NCBI GenBank assembly: GCA_021816765.1
Contig: JAKAXB010000011.1
Span: 1,121-65,120, forward strand
Direction: 5' to 3'
DNA length: 64,000 nt
Origin: Natronospirales bacterium
Lineage (GTDB): Bacteria; Pseudomonadota; Gammaproteobacteria; Natronospirales; REEB76
In this document: positions 11,277-21,999 of the stretch, piece after piece
How positions within the stretch are numbered: the stretch's first letter is position 1
How the letters are laid out: each line of letters starts with the position of its first letter
Position numbers and translations under genes: made by a program
The notes under the pieces: model-generated
What the model was told of the DNA's origin: nothing
Database searches by the model: none
The model's input: only the letters and a program-made list of their open reading frames with translations

Positions 11277-12611
11277 GTGCGCACAGCATCCTGCCTGGTA
11301 TTGGTGGTCGGTATCATGCTGGGCGGGATTCGGCCGGTGCACAGTTGTACCGCCGGTGTTTCCGCGACGCAAGGTCTGCAGGAATTTCAGCTGGGCATTG
11401 CGGCGTTCCGCGCCGGCCAGTACCCGCAGGCGCTGACGGATTTTCTGGGCGCCCGCCGTCATGGCATTCGCTCTCCCCAGCTCGGCTACGACCTCGGCAC
11501 CGTCTATTTCCGCCTGCGCCGCTATCGGACCGCACGGCGGGAGTTCCAGGCGCTCGAGCGCGATCCGGCGCTCGCGGCACTCAGTCAGTACAACCTCGGT
11601 TTGATCGCTCTCAGGCTGGGAAACCCGGCGCAGGCGCGTCGTCATTTCAGGCGGGCCCATGCCGGAGCGCAGGAACCGGCGCTGCGCCGCCTGGCCGCCC
11701 AGGCGCTGCTCCGGGCGGGAAGCGCACATCACGGTTCCCCCACCTGGGTGGGATTCGCCGATGTGGGGGCCGGTTACGACAGCAACGTGGCGCTTACTAC
11801 GGAGAACAGCCTGATTGCGCCCGCGCGCCGCAGTTCGGCGTTGTTCCAATTCCTGACCGGCGCCGTCGGTCAGCTGACCGGCAATTACCGGCGGGGTCTG
11901 CAGGCAGTCGCCACCGTATACAAGGTGAGTTATCCGAGCGTCAGCGAATTCAGCCAGACTTACCTGCATGCAGGCGGCCAATACCACTGGGATTCGGGGC
12001 GCTGGTTCCACACCGTGGGGTTCTATGCTGGCGACACGAGTCTCGGCGGCACCAGTTTCGAAAGTCTTGCCACCGCCAGGCTTGCCACCGGCTATGCACT
12101 CTCGTCTCGTCAGCAGCTGCGCGTGAGTTATCGCTATACCAGGATCGTGGGCGGCAGCGGTTACAATTACCTCACCGGTTGGCATCAGGCGCTCAGCGTC
12201 GAAGACCGGATGCGCGTCGGGCGTCTGGATCTGAATCTTGCCTATACCCTCGACCTGAACCGGCGGCAGAACCTCGCGGCTCCGCCGCAGTTTTTCAGCG
12301 TGTCGCCCACCCGCAACGGCCTGTTCGCACACCTGCGCTGGCGCGTCACCGATACGACCTCGCTGTTCATCGCGGCGGATTACCAGCATAGTCATTACGA
12401 CCTGCCCAACGTGCTGGTGAGCGGCGCCACCACAACCCGCCTCGGCCGTGAGGACAACTGGCAGCGCTTCGACGTCGGCATGGACCGGCGGCTCGCGCAT
12501 CACTGGACACTGCGGGCGGATTGGCGCTACAGCGACAACCGCTCGAATATCACGCTGTACAGCTATCAGAGCCGGCGTCTGGAACTCTCCCTCGAATACC
12601 TGTTCCCGTGA
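11277..12611 (+). CDS. TPR-domain plus C-terminal beta-barrel outer-membrane protein (architecture reminiscent of DUF560/Slam family)
   Basis: GTG start with AAGGAA RBS. N-terminal signal, then TPR-like repeats (FRAGQYPQALTDF, TVYFRLRRYRTARREF, LGLIALRLGNPAQARRHF). About 290 aa of beta-strand-like sequence beginning VGAGYDSNV. High GC3; the antisense ORF 11175..12503 looks like a shadow. Confidence 0.75.
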   Translation: MRTASCLVLVVGIMLGGIRPVHSCTAGVSATQGLQEFQLGIAAFRAGQYPQALTDFLGARRHGIRSPQLGYDLGTVYFRLRRYRTARREFQALERDPALAALSQYNLGLIALRLGNPAQARRHFRRAHAGAQEPALRRLAAQALLRAGSAHHGSPTWVGFADVGAGYDSNVALTTENSLIAPARRSSALFQFLTGAVGQLTGNYRRGLQAVATVYKVSYPSVSEFSQTYLHAGGQYHWDSGRWFHTVGFYAGDTSLGGTSFESLATARLATGYALSSRQQLRVSYRYTRIVGGSGYNYLTGWHQALSVEDRMRVGRLDLNLAYTLDLNRRQNLAAPPQFFSVSPTRNGLFAHLRWRVTDTTSLFIAADYQHSHYDLPNVLVSGATTTRLGREDNWQRFDVGMDRRLAHHWTLRADWRYSDNRSNITLYSYQSRRLELSLEYLFP

Positions 12612-12635
12612 CAGGCGCCCGGCACGCGGAACGAC

Positions 12636-13364
12636 TCACGTTCCCAGGATTTGTACCGCATCGCCCACTGCAAGCGCGAGCGCATGCTGCACGGAACCCT
12701 GGTTCACGGCGAGTTCGGCAAGACCGCTGGAATTCTCGTACCAGAAGGCTTCACCGGACGGCAGGTCGCAGAACGTGCGCGCCTGTTGCAGCGTGCGGCC
12801 GCGGACCCCTAGCCGGGTGGCGGATGGCAGATTCGCGGCACGCAGGCCGGTCATGGCATTGCCGTAGCGGTCCAAATAGATGACTGCAGCCAGGTCAGGC
12901 ACCGGGACAACGGGTTTTGAATACGGCACTGCGCCGCTCTCTTCGGGCCTGCGGCCGCACGCGAGCGCGGCGGCCATGGGCGCAAACAGGTCGCGGCCAT
13001 GAAAAGTCGCGGACAGGCGGGACGCCCGCGCGGTGATCTCGAACCAGCGTGCCTCCCGCGCCCGGCCGGCCACCACATCCAGCAGGCCGTTGTCGGGTCC
13101 CACATACCAGCGGCCGGCGGCATGCAAAACCAGCGGTCGGCGCGGCCCGCCGACACCCGGATCCACCACGCACAGAAATACCGCTCCCGCCGGGGCCTCG
13201 TCGCTCAGGGCAGCAAGCAGGTGGCCGGCCTCCACCGGGCGGAACGGTGCGAGATCGGCGCACAAATCGAGGACCGGCATTTCCGGCGCATCGCGATGCA
13301 ACGCCAGTTTCACTTCCCCGCTATAGGGGCTTTGCAGACCGAAATCCGTGAACAGCAGGATCAT
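12636..13364 (-). CDS. SAM hydrolase / SAM-dependent halogenase family protein (DUF62)
   Basis: MILLFTDFGLQSPYSGEVKLAL... is a typical DUF62 N-terminus (FTDFG). 242 aa. Confidence 0.8.
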   Translation of the reverse strand: MILLFTDFGLQSPYSGEVKLALHRDAPEMPVLDLCADLAPFRPVEAGHLLAALSDEAPAGAVFLCVVDPGVGGPRRPLVLHAAGRWYVGPDNGLLDVVAGRAREARWFEITARASRLSATFHGRDLFAPMAAALACGRRPEESGAVPYSKPVVPVPDLAAVIYLDRYGNAMTGLRAANLPSATRLGVRGRTLQQARTFCDLPSGEAFWYENSSGLAELAVNQGSVQHALALAVGDAVQILGT

Positions 13365-13509
13365 GTCAGGTCAGCGCCGGGAGCCGCTGGCGGAATACGA
13401 CTGACACTTTTGCGCGGGACCACTTCCTGTGTAAACGTGGATTGCATGCGGTTTCCTGCGTACCGTGGCCTTTGAATTCAGCTTAGCACATACGGTTTCA
13501 CACACAGGT

Positions 13510-13538
13510 GAAAAACAAAGCCGGGCATTGCCCGGCTT
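13510..13538 (-). terminator. rho-independent terminator after rplQ
   Basis: Minus strand: AAGCCGGGC-AATG-CCCGGCTT followed by TGTTTTTC. About 30 nt after the rplQ stop. Confidence 0.8.
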
Positions 13539-13565
13539 GCGTGGCAGCATTTTTGAGATGCCGAT

Positions 13566-14153
13566 TTATTTGTCGGCCTTCTTGCCGGATTTTTTCGGCT
13601 TTTTCCCGGGCTTGGCGCCGGTGGTTTTTTCCTTCACCTTGGTTTTTTTCTCCGCCTTGGTTTGCTTGTCAGCATTGGCCCCGGCTGCCGTGTTTTCGGC
13701 CTTGGCGGGTTTTTCGGTCTTCGGTTTCTTGTCCGTCCTGGCTTTTTTCTCCGCCGGTTGCACAGCAGGCACCTTGGCCGATACGGCCGCAGCCGCTTCC
13801 CGGTCAACCAGTTGCATCACGGCCATGGGAGCTTTGTCACCGGCGCGGAAACCGTGCTTGAGGATGCGCGTATACCCGCCCGGACGGGCCTGGTAGTGCG
13901 GACCAAGCTCGGTGAAGAGCTTCGTCACTACCATGTCGTCGCGCAGACGCGCGAACGCCAGACGGCGCTTGGCGACGCTGTCCTGCTTTGCCAGGGTAAT
14001 GAGCGGCTCCACCACGCGACGCAGTTCCTTGGCCTTGGGCAGCGTGGTGCGGATGGTTTCGTAGCGCAACAGCGCCGCAGCCATGTTGCGCATCAATGCC
14101 TCGCGGTGGGCACTGTTGCGGCTTAGTTGTCTGCCGGTATTCTGATGACGCAT
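13566..14153 (-). CDS. rplQ: 50S ribosomal protein L17 with ~65-aa Lys/Ala/Thr-rich C-terminal extension
   Basis: [56 protein letters not shown]. The tail runs ...[19 protein letters not shown]...[15 protein letters not shown]. Confidence 0.95.
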   Translation of the reverse strand: MRHQNTGRQLSRNSAHREALMRNMAAALLRYETIRTTLPKAKELRRVVEPLITLAKQDSVAKRRLAFARLRDDMVVTKLFTELGPHYQARPGGYTRILKHGFRAGDKAPMAVMQLVDREAAAAVSAKVPAVQPAEKKARTDKKPKTEKPAKAENTAAGANADKQTKAEKKTKVKEKTTGAKPGKKPKKSGKKADK

Positions 14154-14177
14154 CGCCTTAACCCTTGATTGTCATTT

Positions 14178-15167
14178 TCAGGCGGATTTTTTCAGGCTCG
14201 CCGGCGGCCAGTTCTCGATTTTCATACCGAGCGACAAGCCGTGCTGCGCAAGTACGTCCTTGATTTCGGTGAGCGATTTCTTGCCGAGGTTCGGCGTCTT
14301 GAGCAGTTCCACTTCGCTCTTTTGCACCAAATCACCGATGTAATGGATACTCTCAGCCTTCAGACAGTTGGCCGAACGCACCGTAAGCTCCAGATCATCC
14401 ACCGGCTTCAAAAGGATGGGGTCGAAGTGCGCGTCGGCGCCATGACCCCGGCCTGTATCGCGGCCCTTGAGGTCCACGAACGCCGCCAGTTGCTCACTCA
14501 GGATGGTCGCGGAGCGGCGGATGGCTTCTTCCGGTTCAATAGTACCGTTGGTTTCAATCTCAATGACCAGCTTGTCCAGGTCGGTGCGCTGCTCCACGCG
14601 CGCGCTCTCCACCGTGTAGGTGACGCGACGCACCGGGCTGAAGGAAGCATCCAGCTGCAGCCGCCCGATGGGACGGCTTTCTTCCTCGAATTGCATGCGC
14701 TGGTTGGACGGCTGGTAGCCGCGGCCGCGTTTGATCTTCAGCTTCATGTTGATGGAACCGGCGCTGTTCAAGTGGGCGATTACCATATCCTTGTTGACGA
14801 TCTCGACGTCATGGTCCAACTGGATATCGCCGGCAGTCACCGCACCCGGCCCCTTCTTGGAGAGGGTGAGTGTGGCCTCATCGCGAGTGTGCATCTGGAT
14901 GGCGAGCTGCTTCAAATTCAGCAGAATATCCACTACGTCTTCCTGCACGCCTTCGATGGCGGTGTATTCATGCAGTACGCCCTCGATCTCGACTTCCACC
15001 ACGGCGCTGCCGGGCATGGAAGAGAGCAGAATGCGACGCAGTGCATTGCCCAGCGTATGGCCGAAACCGCGTTCCAGCGGTTCCAGCACCACACGTGCCT
15101 GATGCTCTGATTGTGCCTGCACGCCTACGAGGCGTGGTTTCAAAAATTCCGTGACTGAACCCTGCAT
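14178..15167 (-). CDS. rpoA: DNA-directed RNA polymerase subunit alpha
   Basis: [17 protein letters not shown]... with C-terminal domain [23 protein letters not shown]. Inner ATG of ORF 14178..15230. Confidence 0.97.
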   Translation of the reverse strand: MQGSVTEFLKPRLVGVQAQSEHQARVVLEPLERGFGHTLGNALRRILLSSMPGSAVVEVEIEGVLHEYTAIEGVQEDVVDILLNLKQLAIQMHTRDEATLTLSKKGPGAVTAGDIQLDHDVEIVNKDMVIAHLNSAGSINMKLKIKRGRGYQPSNQRMQFEEESRPIGRLQLDASFSPVRRVTYTVESARVEQRTDLDKLVIEIETNGTIEPEEAIRRSATILSEQLAAFVDLKGRDTGRGHGADAHFDPILLKPVDDLELTVRSANCLKAESIHYIGDLVQKSEVELLKTPNLGKKSLTEIKDVLAQHGLSLGMKIENWPPASLKKSA

Positions 15168-15207
15168 GGGAAATATCCCTCGCGATAATAACTGTGAACT
15201 TGGGCAA

Positions 15208-15828
15208 CTATTTCGAATAAAGCTCGACAACCAGGTTTTCGTTGATATCCGGCAGAATGTCGCTGCGCTCCGGCAAGGTCTTGAACTTACCGCTCATCTT
15301 CTGCTCGTCCACCTCGATCCATTCCGGAAAACCTACCTGCTTGGCGATTTGCAGTGCCGCCTGAATACGCAGCTGCTTCCTGGCACGCTCGCGCACCGCA
15401 ATCACATCATCCGCTTTCACCTGGTAGGACGGGATGTTGACGATCTTGCCATTAATTTCGATGGCCTTGTGCCCCACAAGCTGACGCGCCTCGGCACGGG
15501 TGACGGCAAAACCCATACGGTACACCACGTTGTCCAGTCGGCACTCCAGTATCTGCAGCAGCGTCTGACCGGTGGCACCGGTGCGGCGCGAGGCTTCCTT
15601 GTAGTAGCGGCTGAACTGCCGCTCCAGCACGCCGTACATGCGGCGCAGTTTCTGCTTCTCGCGTAACTGTATGCCGTAATCCGACAGCCGATTGCGCTTG
15701 GCGCCGTGCTGACCGGGCGCAGATTCGAGGCGACACTTGGACTCGAGCGGACGCACGCTGCTCTTGAGAAACAAATCCGTGCCCTCACGCCGGGAGAGTT
15801 TGCACTTGGGTCCGAGATAACGAGCCAT
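15208..15828 (-). CDS. rpsD: 30S ribosomal protein S4
   Basis: [23 protein letters not shown]... Confidence 0.97.
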   Translation of the reverse strand: MARYLGPKCKLSRREGTDLFLKSSVRPLESKCRLESAPGQHGAKRNRLSDYGIQLREKQKLRRMYGVLERQFSRYYKEASRRTGATGQTLLQILECRLDNVVYRMGFAVTRAEARQLVGHKAIEINGKIVNIPSYQVKADDVIAVRERARKQLRIQAALQIAKQVGFPEWIEVDEQKMSGKFKTLPERSDILPDINENLVVELYSK

Positions 15829-15845
15829 GCACTGAACCTCTTGAA

Positions 15846-16307
15846 TTACACGCGGCGTTTTTTGGGCGGACGGCAGCCGTTATGCGGTATCGGCGTCACG
15901 TCCGAGATATTGGCGATCCTGAACCCGATGTTGTGCAGCGAACGTACCGCCGACTCGCGACCCGGGCCCGGGCCCTTGACCTGTACCTCCAGGTTTTTTA
16001 CACCGAATTCCTGCGCCGCCATACCAGCCTTCTCCGCCGCTACCTGCGCCGCGAACGGCGTGGACTTGCGCGAACCGCGGAAACCGGAACCACCGGAGGT
16101 GGCCCAGCACAGCACGTTGCCCTGACGGTCGGTGATGGTGATGATGGTGTTGTTGAAGGACGCGTGCACATGGGCAATGGCATCTACCACAGTCTTCTTC
16201 GCGCGCTTGCGCGGTGCGGCTGCAGCGGCTGGCGCAACGACAGTGGTTGCCTCGGCCGGCGTCTTCGCATCTTTGGATTCTTTGGATTCTTTGGCGTCTT
16301 CTGCCAT
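15846..16307 (-). CDS. rpsK: 30S ribosomal protein S11 with ~24-aa acidic/Lys N-terminal extension
   Basis: ...[22 protein letters not shown]... No alternative in-frame start codon between the ATG at 16307 and the conserved core. Confidence 0.95.
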   Translation of the reverse strand: MAEDAKESKESKDAKTPAEATTVVAPAAAAAPRKRAKKTVVDAIAHVHASFNNTIITITDRQGNVLCWATSGGSGFRGSRKSTPFAAQVAAEKAGMAAQEFGVKNLEVQVKGPGPGRESAVRSLHNIGFRIANISDVTPIPHNGCRPPKKRRV

Positions 16308-16333
16308 GCAATTATCCTGCTCTCTTGAATGGG

Positions 16334-16690
16334 TTACTTGGTGGCCTGCTTGCGGCGACCCTTGCGGGTACGCGCATTGGTACGCGTACGCTGGCCGCGT
16401 ACCGGCAGGCCGCGGCGGTGCCGCAAACCCCGGTAACAGCCGAGGTCCATCAGGCGTTTGATGCTCATGGACACCTCGCGACGCAGATCACCTTCCACGG
16501 TGAACTTGGCCACGCTGCTGCGCAAGGTTTCCACTTCGGCGTCGGTCAGGTCCTTCACCTTGGTGCCGGGCTTGATGCCGGCCGCCTCGCAGATGAGCTG
16601 CGCGCGGCTCTTGCCGATGCCATAAATACTCTGCAAACCGATCACGGTATGCTTGTTGGCTGGAATATTGATGCCAGCAATACGGGCCAT
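16334..16690 (-). CDS. rpsM: 30S ribosomal protein S13
   Basis: [26 protein letters not shown]... Confidence 0.97.
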   Translation of the reverse strand: MARIAGINIPANKHTVIGLQSIYGIGKSRAQLICEAAGIKPGTKVKDLTDAEVETLRSSVAKFTVEGDLRREVSMSIKRLMDLGCYRGLRHRRGLPVRGQRTRTNARTRKGRRKQATK

Positions 16691-16781
16691 TACCTGTTTC
16701 TCCTGTGGACGCCGACTTTAACGGCGCGAAAACGGGTGATTGTGCCGAAATTTCCTAAAAAAATCAACGTCTAACCGCCGC

Positions 16782-16895
16782 TCAACCCTGGCGTTGCTTG
16801 TGACGGGCATCGCTGCAGATTACCCGCACCACGCCGCCGCGCCGGACGATCTTGCACTTGCGGCAGATTTTCTTGACCGATGTCCGCACTTTCAT
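16782..16895 (-). CDS. rpmJ: 50S ribosomal protein L36 (zinc-ribbon form)
   Basis: Inner ATG of ORF 16782..16994: [37 protein letters not shown] (37 aa). Confidence 0.92.
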   Translation of the reverse strand: MKVRTSVKKICRKCKIVRRGGVVRVICSDARHKQRQG

Positions 16896-16935
16896 GTTCC
16901 ACTCCCGCGACGCTCGCACGCCGCTCACAAAACCT

Positions 16936-18273
16936 TCAACGCAATCCCGTACCACCGTAGCCCTTGAGATTCGCCTTGCGTAGCAGCCCTTCATACTGAT
17001 GCGACATCAGGTGCGCCTGCAACTGCGACATGAAGTCCATCACCACCACCACAATGATCAGCAATGAGGTGCCGCCGAAATAGAACGGCACGTTCCAGCT
17101 GTTAATCAGGAACTGCGGCAGCAGGCACACGGCGGTGATGTAAATCGCGCCCCACAGTGTCAGCTTGGTCAACACGGTGTCTATATATGCCGCAGTCTGC
17201 TGCCCCGGACGGATACCCGGAATAAAAGCACCCGACTTCTTCAGGTTCTCCGCCGTCTCTTTGGAATTGAACACCAGGGCGGTGTAGAAGAAGCAGAAGA
17301 AGATGATCAGGCCGGCGAATACCACCACGTAGATCGGCTGCCCCGGCGACACCGCCAGTGAGAACTTCTGCAGCCAGCCGAATCCCGACTGCTGTCCGAA
17401 CCAGTTCCCGAGGGTCGCCGGGAACAGGATGATACTGGACGCGAAAATCGGAGGAATGACGCCCGACATATTCAGTTTCAGCGGCAGATGGCTGGTCTGC
17501 GCCGCATAGAGGCGGCGCCCCTGCTGGCGTTTCGCGTAGTTCACGGTAATACGCCGCTGACCGCGTTCGACGAATACCACGAAGGCGGTGACACCCAGCA
17601 CCACCACCAGTATGAGAATGGCGATGAGCGGATTCATCTGTCCGGTGCGCACCAGGTCCAGGGTGCCGCCGAAGGCAGCAGGCAGCCCGGCGACGATACC
17701 GGCGAAGATGATCATCGAAATACCGTTACCGATACCGCGCTCGGTTACCTGTTCGCCGATCCACATCAAAAACATGGTGCCGGTCACGAGGCTCACGGTC
17801 GCCGTGAACAGGAAGTTGAAACCCGGATGCACCGCCACACCTTGGCTCTGCAGAGCCAGCGAAGCTCCGAGGGACTGGAAGAATGCCAGAGCCACTGTGC
17901 CATAGCGCGTGTAACGCGTGATGATGCGTTGTCCAGATTGGCCCTCCTTGCGCAACTGCTCCAGGCTCGGCACCACCACCGCCAGCATCTGCATGATGAT
18001 GGAAGCGGAAATGTACGGCATCACGCCCAGCGCAAATACCGACAGGCGCATGAGTGCACCGCCGGAGAACATGTTGAACATGGCAAGCAGTCCGCCGCCG
18101 TGCTGATTGAACAACCGCGCGAGGGCCGCCGGATCAATACCCGGCACCGGGATATGCGTACCGATGCGGAACACCACCAGGGCGCCGACCAGGAAAAGCA
18201 GGCGCTTGCGCAGGTCGGTGAGCCTGCCGATCTCCGTGATGGAACCCATCATGCTGGCGCCGCTGCGGGACAC
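16936..18273 (-). CDS. secY: preprotein translocase subunit SecY
   Basis: [28 protein letters not shown]..., multi-TM. GTG start directly abuts the rplO stop; an inner ATG start is possible. Confidence 0.95.
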   Translation of the reverse strand: MSRSGASMMGSITEIGRLTDLRKRLLFLVGALVVFRIGTHIPVPGIDPAALARLFNQHGGGLLAMFNMFSGGALMRLSVFALGVMPYISASIIMQMLAVVVPSLEQLRKEGQSGQRIITRYTRYGTVALAFFQSLGASLALQSQGVAVHPGFNFLFTATVSLVTGTMFLMWIGEQVTERGIGNGISMIIFAGIVAGLPAAFGGTLDLVRTGQMNPLIAILILVVVLGVTAFVVFVERGQRRITVNYAKRQQGRRLYAAQTSHLPLKLNMSGVIPPIFASSIILFPATLGNWFGQQSGFGWLQKFSLAVSPGQPIYVVVFAGLIIFFCFFYTALVFNSKETAENLKKSGAFIPGIRPGQQTAAYIDTVLTKLTLWGAIYITAVCLLPQFLINSWNVPFYFGGTSLLIIVVVVMDFMSQLQAHLMSHQYEGLLRKANLKGYGGTGLR

Positions 18274-18708
18274 TTAATCCTCCACCTTGCCGCCAGCCGC
18301 TTCGATGGCTGCCTTGGCCCCTTTGCTCGCCTGTACACCTTTGAGCGTGACGTTCTTCTTGAGTTCACCGGCCAGGATCACCTTCACTCTGTCCGTCTGG
18401 ATGGGCACCAGGCCCGCGGTCTTGAGAGCGAGTACATCAATGATGTCCGCCTCGACCCGGGCAAGCGCATCCAGACGCACTTCGGCACGGGTGGGTTTCA
18501 GGTGCGAGCGAAAGCCTACCTTGGGAAGACGCCGCTGCAGGGGCATCTGGCCGCCCTCGAAGCCCACCTTGTGGTAGCCGCCCTTGCGAGCGTACTGGCC
18601 CTTGTGACCCTTGCCCGAAGTCTTGCCAAGACCGGAACCGATGCCGCGACCGAGACGTTTCTTGGTCGTTTTGCTGCCCACTGCGGGCGAAAGCGTGTTG
18701 AGACGCAT
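18274..18708 (-). CDS. rplO: 50S ribosomal protein L15
   Basis: [38 protein letters not shown]. Confidence 0.97.
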   Translation of the reverse strand: MRLNTLSPAVGSKTTKKRLGRGIGSGLGKTSGKGHKGQYARKGGYHKVGFEGGQMPLQRRLPKVGFRSHLKPTRAEVRLDALARVEADIIDVLALKTAGLVPIQTDRVKVILAGELKKNVTLKGVQASKGAKAAIEAAGGKVED

Positions 18709-18709
18709 G

Positions 18710-18910
18710 TCAGTTTTCCTCCACCCGCAGCATGTAGGACACCTTCTCGATCATGCCGCGCACGGCGGGGGTGTCCTGTACCGTGACCGTATGACGCAGG
18801 CGGCGCAGCCCCAGTCCGCGCACGCAGTCGCGATGACTCTGCAATCGCCCAAAGGGGCTTTTCACCAGCGTGACCCTGATTTCCTTGCCCTTACTCTTGC
18901 TCTTGTCCAT
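18710..18910 (-). CDS. rpmD: 50S ribosomal protein L30
   Basis: [32 protein letters not shown]. Confidence 0.95.
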   Translation of the reverse strand: MDKSKSKGKEIRVTLVKSPFGRLQSHRDCVRGLGLRRLRHTVTVQDTPAVRGMIEKVSYMLRVEEN

Positions 18911-18913
18911 GAT

Positions 18914-19423
18914 TTAACCCCTGATGTCGTCCAGCGTCTTGCCGCGCTTGGCCGCAATTTCGTGAGGTGCGCGCATACCGGTGAGAGCGTTCAGGGTGGC
19001 GCGCACCACGTTGATGGGGTTGCGCGAGCCGTAGCTCTTGGCGAGCACGTTCTTCACCCCCGCCACTTCCAGCAGCGCACGCATAGCGCCACCGGCGATG
19101 ATGCCGGTACCCTCGGAGGCCGGCTGCATATATACACGTGTGGCGCCGTGACGCGCCTGTGTCGCGTAATACAGCGTACCCTCGCGCAACTGCACCTGGT
19201 GCAGGTTCTTGCGCGCCTGCTCCATGGCTTTGGACACGGCATTAGGCACTTCACGCGCCTTGCCGTAGCCGAAACCCACCTTGCCCGCGCCGTCACCCAC
19301 CACGGTGAGTGCCGTGAAACCAAACTGACGACCGCCTTTCACCACCTTGGCGACACGGTTTACCGCAACCAGCTTTTCCTGCAAGCCGTCATTGCTTGTC
19401 GGCAGATTTTCAATTTTTGCCAT
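18914..19423 (-). CDS. rpsE: 30S ribosomal protein S5
   Basis: [32 protein letters not shown]. Confidence 0.97.
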   Translation of the reverse strand: MAKIENLPTSNDGLQEKLVAVNRVAKVVKGGRQFGFTALTVVGDGAGKVGFGYGKAREVPNAVSKAMEQARKNLHQVQLREGTLYYATQARHGATRVYMQPASEGTGIIAGGAMRALLEVAGVKNVLAKSYGSRNPINVVRATLNALTGMRAPHEIAAKRGKTLDDIRG

Positions 19424-19431
19424 GCTGCACC

Positions 19432-19800
19432 TTAGAACTGCAAACCGTGTTCACGGGCGGCGTCAGCCAGGGCCTTGATACGCCCGTGATACTTGAAACC
19501 GGAACGGTCAAATGCCACCGCATTGATACCGGCCTGCTTGGCTTTCTCGGCGATTACCTTGCCCACCGTCGCGGCGGCGGCAATGTTGCCGGTGTATTTC
19601 AGGCCTTTCTTCACGTCGGCCTCGAGCGTGGAAGCCGTGACCAGAACCTTGTTACCCTCGGGTGCAATGATCTGCGCATAAATATGGCTCGGCGTGCGGT
19701 GCACGGTAAGCCGGTATATCTTGAGCTCGCGGATCTTGGCGCGGGCACGGCGCGCTCGCCGCAGGCGCGCGCGTTTCTTTTCCATCGGTTTCTTATCCAT
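19432..19800 (-). CDS. rplR: 50S ribosomal protein L18
   Basis: [20 protein letters not shown]...[26 protein letters not shown]. Confidence 0.97.
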   Translation of the reverse strand: MDKKPMEKKRARLRRARRARAKIRELKIYRLTVHRTPSHIYAQIIAPEGNKVLVTASTLEADVKKGLKYTGNIAAAATVGKVIAEKAKQAGINAVAFDRSGFKYHGRIKALADAAREHGLQF

Positions 19801-19815
19801 TGCCTATACCACCCG

Positions 19816-20349
19816 TTATTTCTTCTTGGCCTCTTTGAGGACCACGCGCTCGTCAGCGTAGCGCACACCCTTGCCTTTGTAGGGCTCCGGCGGACGGAAA
19901 CCGCGTATGTCAGCGGCCACCTGCCCCACCTGTTGGCGATCCATACCCTTGATAATGACTTCTGTCTGGCTCGGCGTGTCGATGCTGACACCATCCGGTA
20001 CTTTGTAATTCACCGCATGGGAGAAACCCAGCGTCAGGTTCAGGGTCTTGCCCTGGATCTGGGCACGATAGCCGACGCCCACCAGCTCCAGTTTCTTCTG
20101 GAAGCCCTGGGTGACACCCTTCACGGCGTTATTGAGCAACGCGCGCATGGTGCCTGCGCAGGCATCCACCTCGGGATGACCTTCCTTCACGGAGACGTGC
20201 AGCGCGCCCTTGTCGTTTACCACATTCACATGCGGGTGCATAACGAGCGTCAGGGTGCTCTTCTGACCCTTGATGGTCACGGACGTGCCGGACACAGTGG
20301 CTTCGACGCCCTTCGGCAGCGGAACCGGTTGTTTGGCTACTCTGGACAT
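19816..20349 (-). CDS. rplF: 50S ribosomal protein L6
   Basis: MSRVAKQPVPLPKGVEATVSG...GVGYRAQ... Confidence 0.97.
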   Translation of the reverse strand: MSRVAKQPVPLPKGVEATVSGTSVTIKGQKSTLTLVMHPHVNVVNDKGALHVSVKEGHPEVDACAGTMRALLNNAVKGVTQGFQKKLELVGVGYRAQIQGKTLNLTLGFSHAVNYKVPDGVSIDTPSQTEVIIKGMDRQQVGQVAADIRGFRPPEPYKGKGVRYADERVVLKEAKKK

Positions 20350-20370
20350 AAGGGAATTCCTTGGAAACCG

Positions 20371-20766
20371 TTACGACACAACGCAGAGCACTTCGCCGCC
20401 CTGGCCGGCGGAGCGTGCGGCGCGGTCGCTCATCACCCCCCTGGGGGTGGATACGATGGCGATGCCCAGCCCACCCAGTACCCGCGGCAGTTCATCCTTG
20501 CGCTTGTAGACACGCAGACCCGGACGGCTGATGCGGCGGATGTGGTCAATGACCGGACGGCCGTTGTGATATTTAAGCGTCACCACCAGCTCGTTTTTAC
20601 CGTCCTGTTCATGGCGCACGAAATCCTCAATGTAGCCCTCTTCCTTGAGCACGCGCGCGATCTCGAACTTGATACTTGAAGCAGGCATGCCCACATCCGC
20701 GCGGCCGGCCATCTGGCCGTTGCGGATGCGGGTAAGCATGTCGGCAATGGGATCAGTCATACTCAT
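20371..20766 (-). CDS. rpsH: 30S ribosomal protein S8
   Basis: [20 protein letters not shown]... Confidence 0.97.
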   Translation of the reverse strand: MSMTDPIADMLTRIRNGQMAGRADVGMPASSIKFEIARVLKEEGYIEDFVRHEQDGKNELVVTLKYHNGRPVIDHIRRISRPGLRVYKRKDELPRVLGGLGIAIVSTPRGVMSDRAARSAGQGGEVLCVVS

Positions 20767-20790
20767 ATATCGATATCCCTCAAAAGATTC

Positions 20791-21096
20791 TTACCAGCTG
20801 GCCTTATGCAGGCCGGGCACGTCGCCGCGCATGGCGGCCTCACGCAGTTTATTGCGGCCCAACCCGAATTTGCGATAGTAGCCGTGCGGACGACCGGTGA
20901 GTTCGCAGCGGTTGCGTTTGCGGCTCGGGCTGGAATCGCGCGGCAATCCGGCGAGTTTGGTCACCGCTGCATGGCGCTCTTCATCGCCCGTTTCCAGGTC
21001 GCGGATGATGCGCTTCAGTTCCACGCGTTTGGCGGCATATTTCTTCGCCAGCTTGGCGCGTTTTACTTCGCGATTCACCATGGATGTCTTGGCCAT
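20791..21096 (-). CDS. rpsN: 30S ribosomal protein S14 (long form)
   Basis: [24 protein letters not shown]...[18 protein letters not shown]. Confidence 0.97.
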   Translation of the reverse strand: MAKTSMVNREVKRAKLAKKYAAKRVELKRIIRDLETGDEERHAAVTKLAGLPRDSSPSRKRNRCELTGRPHGYYRKFGLGRNKLREAAMRGDVPGLHKASW

Positions 21097-21106
21097 ATGT
21101 CAGACC

Positions 21107-21646
21107 TCAGTTCCTGAAGGGGAAATGGAACGCTTCCAGAAGTGCCCGTGCTTCCGCATCCGTCTTCGCGTTAGTGGTAATGGTGATGTCCATGCCGCGC
21201 AGGGCATCAATCTGGTCGTACTCAATTTCCGGAAAAATGATCTGTTCCTTCACACCCATACTGTAGTTGCCACGGCCATCGAAGGAGCGTCCGTTCATGC
21301 CGCGGAAATCACGCACGCGTGGCAGCGCTATGCTGATCAGCCGGTCGAGGAACTCATACATCTGGGTACGCCGTAGCGTCACCATGCAGCCAACCGGATA
21401 ATCTTCGCGGATCTTGAAAGTGGCGATGGACTTCTTGGCTTTGGTGACCACGGGCTTCTGACCTGCGATCCTGGTCATATCCGCTACTGCATTCTCCATA
21501 ATCTTCTTGTCCGCAGTCGCCTCGCCCACACCCATGTTGAGTGTGATCTTGGTGATACGCGGTACCTGCATGGGATTCTTGTAATTAAATCGCTTGGTGA
21601 GCTGCGGCACCACGGTCTCGCGATAATACTGCTGCAGTCTTGCCAT
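21107..21646 (-). CDS. rplE: 50S ribosomal protein L5
   Basis: [43 protein letters not shown]. Confidence 0.97.
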   Translation of the reverse strand: MARLQQYYRETVVPQLTKRFNYKNPMQVPRITKITLNMGVGEATADKKIMENAVADMTRIAGQKPVVTKAKKSIATFKIREDYPVGCMVTLRRTQMYEFLDRLISIALPRVRDFRGMNGRSFDGRGNYSMGVKEQIIFPEIEYDQIDALRGMDITITTNAKTDAEARALLEAFHFPFRN

Positions 21647-21657
21647 GTGCCTCGCCC

Positions 21658-21981
21658 TCAGACGTCAACCACTTCTTTGTTGGAACGGAAGAAGCGCACC
21701 TTGCGGCCGTCCTCCAGCTTGCGGAAACCGATCCGGTCGCCCTTTTTGGTAACCGGATTGAACAGCATCACATTGGAAATATGTATGGGTATTTCCTTGT
21801 CGACGATTCCGCCTGTTACGCCCGCATTCGGATTCGGACGCACGTGTTTCTTCATCATATTCACGTTCTCGACAAGTACACGGTCATTGTCCAGCACCTT
21901 GAGAATGGCGCCACGCCGGCCCTTGTCCTTACCGGCAATCACCACCACCTCATCGCCTTTCTTGATCTTGATCTTGCTCAT
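21658..21981 (-). CDS. rplX: 50S ribosomal protein L24
   Basis: [29 protein letters not shown]. Confidence 0.97.
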   Translation of the reverse strand: MSKIKIKKGDEVVVIAGKDKGRRGAILKVLDNDRVLVENVNMMKKHVRPNPNAGVTGGIVDKEIPIHISNVMLFNPVTKKGDRIGFRKLEDGRKVRFFRSNKEVVDV

Positions 21982-21999
21982 AACCTCTGCTCCCGGCGC

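Noticed and set aside
16782-16994. 70-aa ORF as a longer L36 or a novel small protein.
   Set aside because: Only the C-terminal 37 aa (from the ATG at 16895) match L36. The upstream part overlaps the secY 3' end and has no RBS.
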